Origin: Takakia lepidozioides
Taxonomy: Eukaryota; Plantae; Bryophyta
Length of the DNA: 64,000 bases
Direction: 5' to 3'
NCBI GenBank assembly: GCA_030704615.1
Contig: CM060731.1
Span: 59,954,001-60,018,000 of the forward strand
The notes beneath the pieces were generated by a model that saw only the letters and a program-made list of their open reading frames with translations, did not search any database and was not told where the DNA came from. This document shows positions 38,521 to 50,981 of this stretch, piece by piece. Positions within the stretch are counted from its first letter, which is position 1. Every line of letters starts with the position of its first letter. The translations under genes and the position numbers were made by a program.

Positions 38521-39829
38521 AAATGCAGATATGAAGAGTTTTGAGGTAGTTATGGTCCACAATTAATTACTTAACAGTTTCTAAATCTTGATCTAAATTC
38601 TAAGCATCACCTAGAAAGAGAATTACTACCATCACGAAATCTCAACTTAATCCTTTTGTTATTACCATATTTAAATATTAAAGTTTTCATGGCTTAGAAT
38701 ATGGGAAACAAACTACAAACTTCCATGTGAAATGTCATTTTCCTTTAAACTATGAAAAACAACAAGGCTTAAAAATAATCATAAATCCAAAACTCCTTAG
38801 AAATAATATATTTATTTTTTGATTACGACCAAACAATTTTGGGATACTACTAGATTAGGTCCAACAACATTAGAGCATATATAGAGAAAACAAAACATAC
38901 AATATTGGATGTTGGCCGACTTCCAAACACAACTGGGTTGAAGAGTAAATTATCATAAGCAGATTAAGGATTGTTTTGTGTCCGATCACTAAGGATCGTA
39001 CCAAAGGTCAACCTTCTTGCCTAGATTATACTTGCAAAGCTTTTTAGTTTCTTATGCGTGTAAAACCATAGATTGGACTTGCATGCTAATGGGTTACACT
39101 CAAGTGGGTTGCCAACCATTGCGGCATGTCAACATGGTTACTAATTGCAAGATATTAACTGGTTAATGCTTGTGGGATTTGTTGTATATTTATATATTGT
39201 TTCTTTCTTTTATTTGTAATTTCCGTCGATTGGGGACTATGAGAGACATGACACATGTTTGAGCAATACGACTTATCATTGCACTCCGCATTGTTGCATT
39301 ATTGTTGTATCCTAGTATGTGATTAGGATGATTTTTTGGATTTAAGAACGCTCATCTTGTTGTTATATAATGTTTTGAACTCCATATCCTGTCATGATGA
39401 GCAAGCACCTTCATTAAAGCTGAAGCTAAGGGGATCGATAAGAATGACCATGAGATGATGAAAAGACGACAATTCATTACTATGATGTTTTATAGACGAC
39501 ATAAACGAAGAAATTGAATTTATTATTCATGCTTTTGTCACCTTCTTAAAGTTTGAATATGGTGATTTCAAGGCCTTTGTCTCATATCTACTTTGCTCTA
39601 GTTCCATTTTCCATACAAGTATTCACTGTATTAGTAACATCTTGACATATTTTTAAGGCTGACCAGCTAATCGGTATGAATCTATCAAGTATTTTTATTG
39701 TCTGAAATGCAAAACATTCACTTATCAAATGTATAATAATGAAAACCTGCTGGGCACGTCATTCCCTATTAATTTTAGACATACGTATTCTAACTGTAAT
39801 TTGAATCTAATTTGATCTTGATAGTTCAT

Positions 39830-39907
39830 AAGGCCCCCCCGAAAGGAGGCAGTTGCTACAAGGCGAAGTGGCTCTTAGTTACGCCGGCTTTGGCCGGCTT
39901 CTCTCTC
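39830..39907 (+). mobile_element. Short TSD-flanked retroposon-like insertion with (TC)n tail
   Basis: Flanked by tttgatcttgatagttcat / tttgatcttggtagtacat (19 bp, 2 mismatches). Homologous to 48064-48147 and 39971-40038. Confidence 0.75.
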
Positions 39908-40314
39908 TTTGATCTTGGTAGTACATGGTGCTTACGAAGTGTGGTTCTAATCCAATCCCATGAACGATGAAGGCTTAGTCGCAAGGTAAAGTGACTCCTA
40001 ATTAGTTACGTCGGCTCAAGCTGAGTCCATTCTCTCTCTATCATAAAAGCTTGAGAGAATGAATAGTCATACCATTTTTTTTGCTATTCTTTGACGTCAA
40101 ATTTGACATACATCGATTTTGGATACGATTCCACAACTTTCTCATGTTCTCAAATTTCACATGGTAATAAACAAAAAGCAAAGGTACACATTTTTGGGTG
40201 TTCAAATTAGTCCATTTGAATGACATTCATCCACAGTGGGTTACAATGAGCTTCCCATGCGAAATTACTGATGAGACGATTACAGCTCCGTTCTTTGAAG
40301 AAATGTGTAGAGAA

Positions 40315-43300
40315 CACTACTGCGATTATGGGGGGTTAGCGGCCCCCACGCCCCATCGCGCGGTTCTATGAGCAACGTCGGCGCCGCTCGATCGCCGCGG
40401 CCAGGATAGCAACGTATGTGGCGTCGCTATGCCAGCTGCTAAAGGCCAAAATTATAAAAATGACTGAGTATTTTTGAACGATGTGACCGGGCGTAACATT
40501 GTCTCACTCGTAAGAAGAGTTCACATCTCCCCACAATCTAAATGTAAACCGGGAAGAAACAGAAAAAGAAATTCGAGCTTGCTTTTTACGATTACTGGAT
40601 GGTGAGAATCTACTACAAAGCAACCCAAAAAAAAAAAAAAAAAACTTGTTTCAGGTGACTCCCAGGACGCTGCGGCAAGATGGCATCGTCATTCGAGCGG
40701 CTTAGAGGCCCAAAATTTGAAAAATGAGTAGGTACTTTTGGGCGACGTAACCGGAGGTGTTAGCGACCTCATGGGGGCTATTATAAAGCCACAAGATGGA
40801 GGGGGGGGGAAAAAAAACAAAAAAAACAAAAAACAAAAAAACAAAAAAACGTTAATTCCCTAGAGCGCTGCGGCAAGATAGCTGCTATGGCCGCCATGCC
40901 AGCAGCCTAGAGGCCAAAACTTAAAAAATGACTAAGTAATTTCGACTGACGCGACCGGACGCGGGTCGCTACTATAAAGCGGAACCATGTTGTAAAACTA
41001 ACTTATATGCAATTAAAGCACATGATTATGCGTAAGTTTTCAAATCAGTATGTTGGTTAGTATAGAGTGTCTTATTGCTCATGTCTGACATTAATGATCC
41101 CCCATGGTTTCGCTCCTAAAAAGAGACCCCCCAGGCAGTCGTTGGTAAAAAACGACCTCCAGGGGGTTGCTTAAAAACAATGACGTTTTGTTTTTTTCCT
41201 TTTCCTTTCTTTTCAACCTTAATTGGGGCAATTTGGGCAGCAGTTAAGGTAGAAACACCTAAATATGAGCGCGGAGTAGTTGTAGGCTACGGTGGACCAA
41301 AAACTGCGTAACATGGCAGTTTCTGCAGTGACCTCCATTCATGGTATCTTTTATAGTAAAATCACAACTCAATATTTCATACAAGTTTATACGATCTAAA
41401 GATTTGTAACTACAGTAGAGATATACTCCAATTTTTTTATTGTAAAAATGATCATATATGAAAGAGCTATGGACTTTTAAAGTTGAATCTTATGGACTGC
41501 AGTATTACATATGAAAAACCATATGGACTAAAAAACATCATATACACCTAAGTAATAGCAAAAAGGAAAACACATTATGGGTGCCATTTTTGAAAGCTAC
41601 CCAAATGAACTTTTATATGGACTAAAAACATCAAGAATAAGAGGTATGGACTAATTTATACTAAACACTGGCCCATTTTCCCCGAATATACATCATCCTC
41701 ATTTAGAGGCTTTTGGGATATAATCATTACTAAAAGATGTAAAAACCCATAATTTAGAGGTGTCAAGTGATATATGGAAAAAAAATCAAAAATATCTAAT
41801 TATTAGAAATAAAAATTATTTTTTATTTTTCAGAATTAAATACTAAAATTTCTAATAAAACAATTCTAGCCTATTTGGGGTGGGACTTTTACTAAAAGTG
41901 TTAAATATATCATATCTATCATCTAGAATTAAATATTTGAATAAATTCTCTCAATTTGAAGTACCATATAGACTTACATGGAGGAAAAATCTGCCTCTTT
42001 TGGTCCACCGTACCCTGCAACTACCCGCGACCTTGAACGGACCCCTATTTTTGCGTATAAAAGTGACTACAAATGCCCTTGAATGGATGGACAGAATCCA
42101 GTGGTTTATTTAAGATTTACCAATGGCCAGATTTGCCTACAGATAGGGTGGTTTTACGACTCAACGTGTATACATCCATGTACTTACTAGATTTGTAACT
42201 ACACGGTTATTAACAAATCAAATAGATTACTGTTATCATGATTTGCACTTAATTAATCATCTAAAGAACAGGCATAGACCAGATTTGGGGCAAATTTTGT
42301 TTCGAAATACCATGACGGCTGCTCCATTAAAACACAATGGCTTCCATCTAAAATGGACCTGCTGACCATTCAAAGTTTCCAACTCTAACACCAAGTATAA
42401 ACATGGGGCCCACATATGCAAGAGGCCCAGCGTGCAATCCAGTGTTGGGAGGTTATTATCTTTTGTAAGACCCGCTGGTTTCAGGTATTGGCGGTGTGAG
42501 GTTGTGGACATACCCGTCGGAGACCAATACTAGATTTATTTAGGATTTTCCATACCCAGGGGTTATCAATCAAGCCCATTATCAAAATTATTAGACAACA
42601 TATCAATTACAATCAAACATGGATGATAACCTACTGTTATCAACCCGGGCCGGGGTTCAAAAAAAATTCTTCAACCATTTTTTAAGAGCGCATTGTCTAT
42701 GTAAAATTTATCCAAACTTATCAAAGTGATGTGGAATACTAACTAATTAAATCAGAATGTTATCTACTAACTAATACCAATATTAATGTACTTATTTATG
42801 TGGCTAGAATTCCAAAGTTAATTAGTATTCCTAAGTACTTTAAGTAGCTTGTATTTTTCAAGGTATGGTGTGTAAATTTGGGCAATGTTTGACAACGTTT
42901 AAGTATTAGTATCACTTATAGGTTTAATATGTTTTTAAGAGGGTGCGAAATCCCTGAAGCGACGGGGAAATGTCACTAAAATGTGACATTTAATGTGAAA
43001 ATCCAGCCACTTGATGTTGATATGTGGGAAATCTGGTTTTTTTTAGCCCTCATAAATATCAATATCAATATCATCAAAGCCTTATCTGAGGGGTCTCAGC
43101 ATCAATATCAGCTCAGCACTTAACCAGCGGGTAGGTTACGAACCGGGTATTATCCAACAATGTACCCGGCGGGTCCGGGTCCACATACCCGCATTGATAC
43201 ATGTGTTGATACCCTCTACGTACCCAATACCCTCTCAACATTGGTGCAATCCATAAAAGTTCCGGATGGATACAATTTAGATATTTTCAGATATGGCAGG

Positions 43301-43969
43301 GATATTAAGACTTGTTTTGGGTGCATGCATGGATAAGCACTGGACTTCGAGCAGTTTAGTTTTCATTTAATGGGGCACGTTTTTACACATTATCTCGGGT
43401 GAGTATAGGTCAGTTGATACTCCCTTTTAGATGCATTAATGTTTTGACTTTGGATACTTAGAGTACACTACAAGGAGTGGGCCACCTCATGGACAATGAA
43501 TATGTCATTCCTAATTTGCTTTATAGGGGTGTCTTTTTGGATGCACAACTTGTGCACCTTAAGCAATTTCACGCTTTACATTAGTTATTTCTTGGGTTCA
43601 CAATAGTTGGGTCTACCGCTCACATATAGGAAGTTGTTAAATACCGTGTTGAAAATTAATATCAATTCATGGTTGTGTCAAAAAAATTGTATTTGATATG
43701 AGGACCTCTTTGTTCTGTTGTTAATCCAACAATATATATATATCTTTTTGCTAGACCTTTCCTACTAGTAGAACTGCTTAAACGCACACATTTAGGTGTT
43801 ACTAGTTACTACCTTAGTCTTAGCCCCCTTTTAAGCGACACATTTTTAGTGACGGCGGACCGACGGCTGAAGGGTCGCTATTGGGGACTTAGACCCGGCT
43901 GTTTTAGCCCCCATTAGCGACCTCATGGAGGTCGTTGGGGCGTCACTAAATCCCCCGATTGGTGTAGTG
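40315..43969. mobile_element. Non-autonomous CACTA-like DNA transposon
   Basis: CACTAC at 40315 and GTAGTG at 43964-43969 with related terminal sequence. Subterminal motifs ttagcgacctcatgg and gggtcgcta occur at both ends. The 3-bp flanks gaa/gga are imperfect; no transposase ORF. Confidence 0.6.
41270..42029. mobile_element. MITE-like element nested in the CACTA-like element
   Basis: 27-bp inverted repeats gtagttgtaggctacggtggaccaaaa (41276) and ttttggtccaccgtaccctgcaactac (ends 42024), 2 mismatches, around an AT-rich core. Confidence 0.75.
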
Positions 43970-44279
43970 GGAAATGAAGAAAGAGGTGGAGGTCGGGTGA
44001 AGAATAAGGTGGAGGGAGTACAGAAAGAAGATGGAGGGGGTGAGGAACAAGGTGGAGGTTATGAAGAACGAGGTGGAGGAGGTGAAAATTAGAGCTGAAT
44101 AATACGATGCAAGAAGCCACACCATGCAAGCAATTTCAATATTCATTGATCTTGTGAGTGTGCCCAGATAAGATGTTGCTGATACATCTACTCAATCATC
44201 TCCGAAATAAGTTGAATGATTTTCTTGGCTCCCTCGATTTTGCTGCATTTGAATATAGACGCATATCGGTTAATAGTTT

Positions 44280-44400
44280 GTCTGACATTATCAGTCACAT
44301 TGAGTCTACAAGAGGTGAATACTAGGAGAATTAAATGAAATGATACTTCACAACGACTCAAAGAGCTTATGGGAAAAAAGAAAGCATGAAACAATAAGAG
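44280..44400 (-). repeat. Inverted fragment of the duplicated-unit 3' flank
   Basis: Reverse complement of about 33060-33170 (and, in part, 16935-17005). Confidence 0.75.
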
Positions 44401-45779
44401 AGGGACGGACGCTTATCTTGCTACTACCGCTATCGAAATATCAAATGAAGAATCTGCAAAGGACAGAGTGCAAATTTCATCACTCATAGTTCGTTGGCTT
44501 ATTTCCTGTCACTTTGCAGTGGTGTCAGCTGGTTTGACAGTGTTGGTACCACTCACTCTCAGACCTTGGCCTTCTGTTTATGAAACCTCACCAATTAATT
44601 GTGAAGGTGTGAAAGTTTTCTCTCATGTCTTTCTTTCTATGGCAAATAACAGTCATGAGGAGAGCTCAATAAGAAACAAGTTTTATCCCTCTCACTGAGA
44701 AAAAATGCAAAGTTTAGTTTCCATATCATTTGGTTTTTTCGTATTCTCTATGATAGAGAATGTTTTTGGAAATGGTGAAGATAGTCGTCTGATATACTTA
44801 GTGGCTGGAACATTGACATTAACCTTTTAATCCCTACTAGTTGTGTGTCCACGCATTCAATACACTTGCCAGTACATTTGTAATTATTGACTGTAAAATA
44901 TTGGGACAAATTTGGTATGGGATTGTAGCACAACAACTCTTTGAGAACACTACGATCAATGATGGTATGGTCATCCACGAAAGCAAGAAAGTATGAAGTC
45001 GCAGTGCTGCAGGCGGGAGTGGTAGCAGTGCAAGCAGGGATAACAGCGCGGGCGGGAGCGGGAGCAGTGGAAAGGGCGGTTGGGGAGGAGGGAGAAACGG
45101 AGGATCCACTCCTGATGGGAGAAGAAGTACAACCCGATGCCGGATGTTGGAATTTTTGTGTCATCCATCTTTTGGATGTTTGTAGAACTTACCAAAGTCA
45201 GATAGGAGCTGTCTGTGATTCACATCGATGTGGAGGTTATCAAAAATCTTGGTGGAGATGCAATGAGAAACCAATCGCATCCTCATCACCAAGACCGAGG
45301 TCTTACAGTTGGAGATATTTGTCTATCAATCTGCATTTAATCATGAATGTGGTATCTCTGCCTACTAATGGAAAAGCCCTAGTCAACCAACAGTGCCAAT
45401 GGCTAGGGAACAATTTGGTGAGTGAGCCTGACGTTTCTAGAATGAGAAAAAAAAACACTCGTACCATTCAAACTGACCAGTCAGAACTTTTCTATCCAAA
45501 AGTGACAAAAGTTGCAAAAATCCTGCAATGGAAATCCTGAGAAACTTTATTCATCATGCACCAAGGCTCCAGGCACATATACAAGAGGATGCTAGGACAC
45601 AAGTTCTGGACGACAAACAAAGTTTTGTTAACTACGAGTGTGTGGGTAAACCAAGACTTCACGCGTTCGAATAACAAGTGAATCTAGCAAATATACGAAG
45701 GATTCCAAGGACAGAGGACGTACTTTCTTAGATAGCTTAGGACTGAACAACAAAACAAAACAAACTACATTGTTTAATG

Positions 45780-48200
45780 CATATATAATACAAGTTGAAA
45801 TCCAACTTCAAGAAAAAATTATACCTACTATATTACCAATTGTGTTGATTGATGGTAGGAAACCAGCTTTTGAGATACATTAGGCACAGTCCCGAATGTG
45901 CGACACATTCCCACAAGGACAACGCAAATATTCCTTGAGGAATCAAGCAAACAACAAAACAAAAAATGTACCACACCATAATCAATATCTGTCATGTTAC
46001 CAATTGTGCTTATTGGTGGTAGGAAACCAACTTTTGAGAAACACTTGGCACAGTCCCAAATGTGCGGCACATTCCCACAAAGACCAATGCAAACATTCCT
46101 TGAAGAATCAAGCAAACGGCAAAACAAAAAATGCACCACACCGGAATCAACATCAGACTGAGCAACCATTCACATCACAAAGAGACTTACATGAAAAAAT
46201 ATGTATTAAGATGGACATAGTTATATTCTTAAATATAATTATTTGATTTAAATATTAAACAATAGTTCAAGATAACATTACTTTCCAATTTTATGATCTT
46301 TTGTAGGAAGCTTTGTAGTATGTAGGGTGAACTTCAAAACCTATGTTCATACAATCTTGTCCACCATTTAAGTTTTTATCCTTTAAAGTTATGTAGAGGT
46401 AAACTCGAACACTATATTACAGTTCAATAGGTTTTTATTCTCCCAACGTAAGATTGAGATCAAGCGCATGAAGAAATTAATACAAGCGTATTATGTAATC
46501 TCCAACCACACGATAAGTATGTTTTGGTATGTCAAATATATCACACCCCTCTCAAAAGTGCCATAAAACGGGCCGATGACACTAAATAATGAGGGAGTAT
46601 CACCCCAATCAATATAATTGTACTTGATATCAAAATTTGGCGACACAATCCCACAATGGCCGATGCAAACATTCCTTGAGAAATCAAACAAGCAGCAAAA
46701 CAAAAAGTGCACCACACCGAGATCAACATTAGATTGAGTAATCATTCATATCACAAAGAGACTTACTTGAAAAATAATGTTTTGAGATACATACATAGTT
46801 ATATTCTTACAAATGATCATTTGATTTGAATATTCAATAACTTAAGACAACATTACTTTTCAATTTTATAATCGTTTGTAGGAAGATTGTAGTACATAGG
46901 GTGAACTTCAAAACCTATGTTCCTACAATCTTTTCAACTAATTTAAAGTTTTTATCCTTTCAAGTTATATAGAGGTAAGCTCAAACACCTCCATTGCAGC
47001 TCCTCGGGTTTTTATTCTCCCAATGTAAGATTGAGATCAAGCACATGAATAATTTCTTAATGCAAGCATACTATGTAATCTCCAACACCAGGATAAGCAT
47101 GTTTTGGTCTGTCAAATATATCCCATCCACTCTCAAAAGTGCCATAGGCCGATGATACTAGACAATGAGGGAGTGTCACCCCAATCAAAGTAATTGTACT
47201 TGGCATCAAAATTAAAAATAACAAATACAAAAAATAAATAATCAATCAAATTTCAAAACCTATGTTCCTATAATCAAATATAATTGCACCAAAGTAACAA
47301 ACTCATCCACCAAGACTAAAGAATCAAGCCAATAGCCTATTCATTTTTATACAACAACTGTATTGGATGCATAAAGATCTATATGTCCTTCATATTGAAA
47401 GACAATGACACCATAAACTACATTTGCTTCAGCAATATTCCACATATATTTATCAAGACCCTACACTAAAATTAGTTAGGATTGACAATAGAGAAAAGAC
47501 CATCCAAGATAGGTGGATCTATCCCGAAGGATGGTGGACACCTTTATGAACCTAGAACCACTTCCGAGGTGGTATGTGCCCATTACCAGTGGGCTACAAC
47601 TTGGTTTTTGAAAATGACGATATAATATCTGCTCAAACAACACACACCACACTAGTACTATCTAAAACATGGATTTTTAACTATAGTTCTGTTTTGGAAA
47701 AATGAAACACCTAACTTAGAGCAACTACCTATCATACTCCTTCATTTTTTTCATTTTTATTTTTGATGAAAAACCACCAGTGAACCCTATTTGCTGACAA
47801 ATCAGACCTATTCATTATAATGTGAAAGGAGAAAATAACCACTGATAGCTGTTGGGAGGACATTTATTTTGGGACCTACATCTCAAACGAATACGATTCA
47901 TCTAGAATTAACATATCCATGCAACCGACAGTTCTCAAAATTTCAAAGAACCGTGGGAAAATTATACAGAACCATGGGTATTTAATTAAATTAGAAACAA
48001 CTGATCAGATCCCCCTTCAAAGATCCGGGGAATTGTCAAAATTTTACTCTATACAGTGTGATAGAGAGAAGACTCCGGCTGAAGCCAACGTAACTAAGAG
48101 CCACTTCGCCTTGCCGGCTACTGCCCCCTTTCGGTGGTTGGCCCTATTACAGTGTGATATGATTTTTGGATGATATGATCTATAAAAATCATATATCTGT
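45780..48200 (+). repeat. Second copy of the AT-rich repeat with internal duplications (~163-bp and ~600-bp units)
   Basis: 45858-46000 is similar to 46021-46160, and 46090-46630 to 46665-47210. Confidence 0.8.
48064..48147 (-). mobile_element. Short TSD-flanked retroposon-like insertion
   Basis: Perfect 12-bp TSD tacagtgtgata (48052-48063, 48148-48159). The empty site is visible in the paralogous repeat at about 38470. Confidence 0.85.
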
Positions 48201-50981
48201 CTTTTTGTTTTTTCAACTTGTGGGGAAGATCGTTGAGATATGATCATGGATCTTGCAAGGGGCTTATTACATGACCAAAAGCAGACCAACGGGTCCGTTT
48301 ATTATTATTATTATTTATTTAAATTAAAGAAACAAGGGACAGACTCAGGCCCCAAAGGACTGACCCCAATTTTTGGGTCCACCCCCAAAACATTGACCCT
48401 TCCCCACTAAATACTTTATATCTTGGGATTTCCTCAGGCCCTGTAAAACAGGCCTACCTACCCAGATATGACCCCAAAAAGTCTGGTCCAAATCGAACCG
48501 CCGATAATGTTGGAAGTTGGGCCAAAAACAAATTGCCTGTTTACAATGGGGTAAAAAACACAGCTTTTCTTATCGAATTTCCCAGCTGTGAAATGTTTTG
48601 ACATGACACAAACCAGAATGTTGTATCCTGCCAGGTTAGACACCTGCCCTGAAAATTTCAGCTTTTTCTGACATGTTCTCATGTGGGCTGCTTTGTATGG
48701 CCAATTTGGGGGGTCAAATTTCCCAATTTCAAAGGGGCAAGCACAAAACCGTATTAGAAAATTCGGTGAAAATATCTGAACCTTTGATTTGTCAATCGCT
48801 CCGGTTGTACTGTAGTGGGCAGGTTTGTGTAAGCATAAAAAAAACTTTCGCGCCAATCAGAGCTTCCCTTCATATGATTTCTCCATGTGCACCTATGTTT
48901 GCCTATACTTTTTGGCCGGTAGCCCTGAGGTATGTGGGTTTTGGGGGGGTGCCTTTGCCTTTGCGTGCCAATGGGGGGCGCTTTAGGGTGGAGGGGGCGC
49001 AATAAAGGGTGTTGGGAGATGCGCCACCCTGCGCAAGTGGGGGGTGCGTGGAATTTCTCCCTAACCTGACCCTAGTTGACACTTAGGATGGAGGGCAAGT
49101 TAAGTGCCCAAAATGGGGCTGAAAACCACGAGTGTGGCAGACTCTAGGTGTTCCACGTGGCTGGGGCCAGGCCCAATGACGAATTGGGAAATGCCACCTC
49201 ATAGCTGACGCGATTACCTATGCCTCTCATTTTACAATAATAGGGTCATGAATGCAAGCGTGCGAGAAGGACGGTGGGCCCGTCGTCCGGTCGAGGGCCG
49301 CCCACCCGCCCACCGATGCCAGTGGTCGCCCACGCCCGCCCCTACTGCCGCGGTTGCACCAGCCGCGGCTACCCCGCCCGGGGTTCGTCCACTAACCGCT
49401 CCGCTGCGGCGTGTCCACGCTACAGCGTGTCCGCTCCCGATAGTCCGCCTGCCCGCAAGACTGGGCTGTCCAGGACGAATCCCATCGCAGCCCTCCAATT
49501 TAGGGCCATATCTCCGGATTGCCATCAGGATGTCGGTCTTTGTTGTACGAAACTGCGGTGCGTGCCCGCGGTAGGCGTTGCCTCGCACAGTGTTTGTGTC
49601 TTCGTGTTTTCGTGACATTGTAATGATGTGGAAGGGCAGGAGAGGAGTCGGAGCCCTACAACCACCATCTTGCATATGCTTGCACTATTTTCGTCATTTT
49701 TTGTTGTTGCTGGCGGGCCCGTTTTTGCGATTTCATTGTACATGTAATGCGTTTTGCCCACTTGGTTTGGCCTCTGTCCGGTCATCGCAAAATGACCAAT
49801 GTGTTGTTAGGGTTTATTCCAATGGGGGGACTGATTACAAGCATGCCTAAACACGACCTTAGGTTACATTTGGGATATGGTGTCGTTCAATTTTATAATT
49901 ATTGATGTTGAGGTAGACGTATCTGTCCGTCAGATCACCTCCTCAGTTTGGAACGGTAACCATAGGCAAGATGATAGCGAAAATCGCCGGAGCATATGCA
50001 CATGAGGGCGTGTAAAAACATTGCAGATTCCATATCCATCGATGAACTGTTATCGTGTGTCTTGGGCAGAGTTATCGTCAGTCTGTCAATTGTGTCTTTT
50101 GGGCTGTGTTAACCTGAGTCTCCTAAACTATCTCACATTTGCAGTATGGGTCTCATTGTAAAAAGGTCGGGTTCGACAGCCAATAGTTGTCGGCCTGGAT
50201 ACCCATATGTCTGTTGCTTCGTTAGTCTTGCTTCGTTAGTCTGGTAATCGGAGCCTCTTCGGGAGGTTGTGTCCTCACATCAGCCAGGAATATGTTCGCG
50301 AGTCTGTTGCGATGTTAGTCTCTCCTGACAACGGTCTTTTGGCGTCTGTGTACGTTGGTCTGTTGTGAGAAACTATGAAACCATGGAGCCGCGTCGAAAA
50401 TTTGGCTGTACACCCTTCCGTCTGTCAGTTTGTTGTCCTGCCAGTGTTTTTAGCTAGTCTGCTGTCTCTGTTGCACCGCCAGTCTAGTCAGTCTACAGCT
50501 TGTTACAGAGGGCGCGGAACAATGACCATATTGACCTGCCAGTTTGTCGACCTGCCAGTTTGTCTGTCTTGTATAGTCTGTTTCGTTGTCAGCCTGTTGC
50601 AGTCGGATGGACCTGCATAGTGGATTACGTGTTGGTTTGGGGTACTTGGTCTGCTCAGATTGGCCTGCTGAACTTCCCGCCGGTGCTGTGGTCTCCTTCT
50701 GTCTCAATGTCCGTCTTCCTTGCGCAGACTTGTTCCACGCGTAGATCTGGAGAGTCATCTTAGACCCCAACAGTCGCCAAGACCGTTGCTCGCGTAGCCC
50801 GTTGCGTTCCTCGTCTTTTGCTGTGTACTTATCGTTTTGGTTCTCGCTTCTCTTTTCGTCCTCGTATGTAGTGTTCGTTCTCGCTGGTTCTCGCACTTTC
50901 TGTTTTCCTCTATTTTTTGCACTTCTCCCTTTTTGTTGGGCCCGCTGCCTTTCTCTTTTGTGTTGTACAGGCGATGGAGGA

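Noticed and set aside
44748-45680. Low-complexity ORFs as a gene (possible F-box/LRR relic)
   Set aside because: Many stops and no motif strong enough to support a call.
48064-48147. Hammerhead or HDV-like ribozyme
   Set aside because: The three-way topology is suggestive, but the CUGANGA/GAAA/NUH core is absent (CAGUA, GAAG instead) and no HDV double pseudoknot could be drawn.
49232-49675. Overlapping GC-rich ORFs
   Set aside because: Open in several frames because of high GC content; no protein signature.
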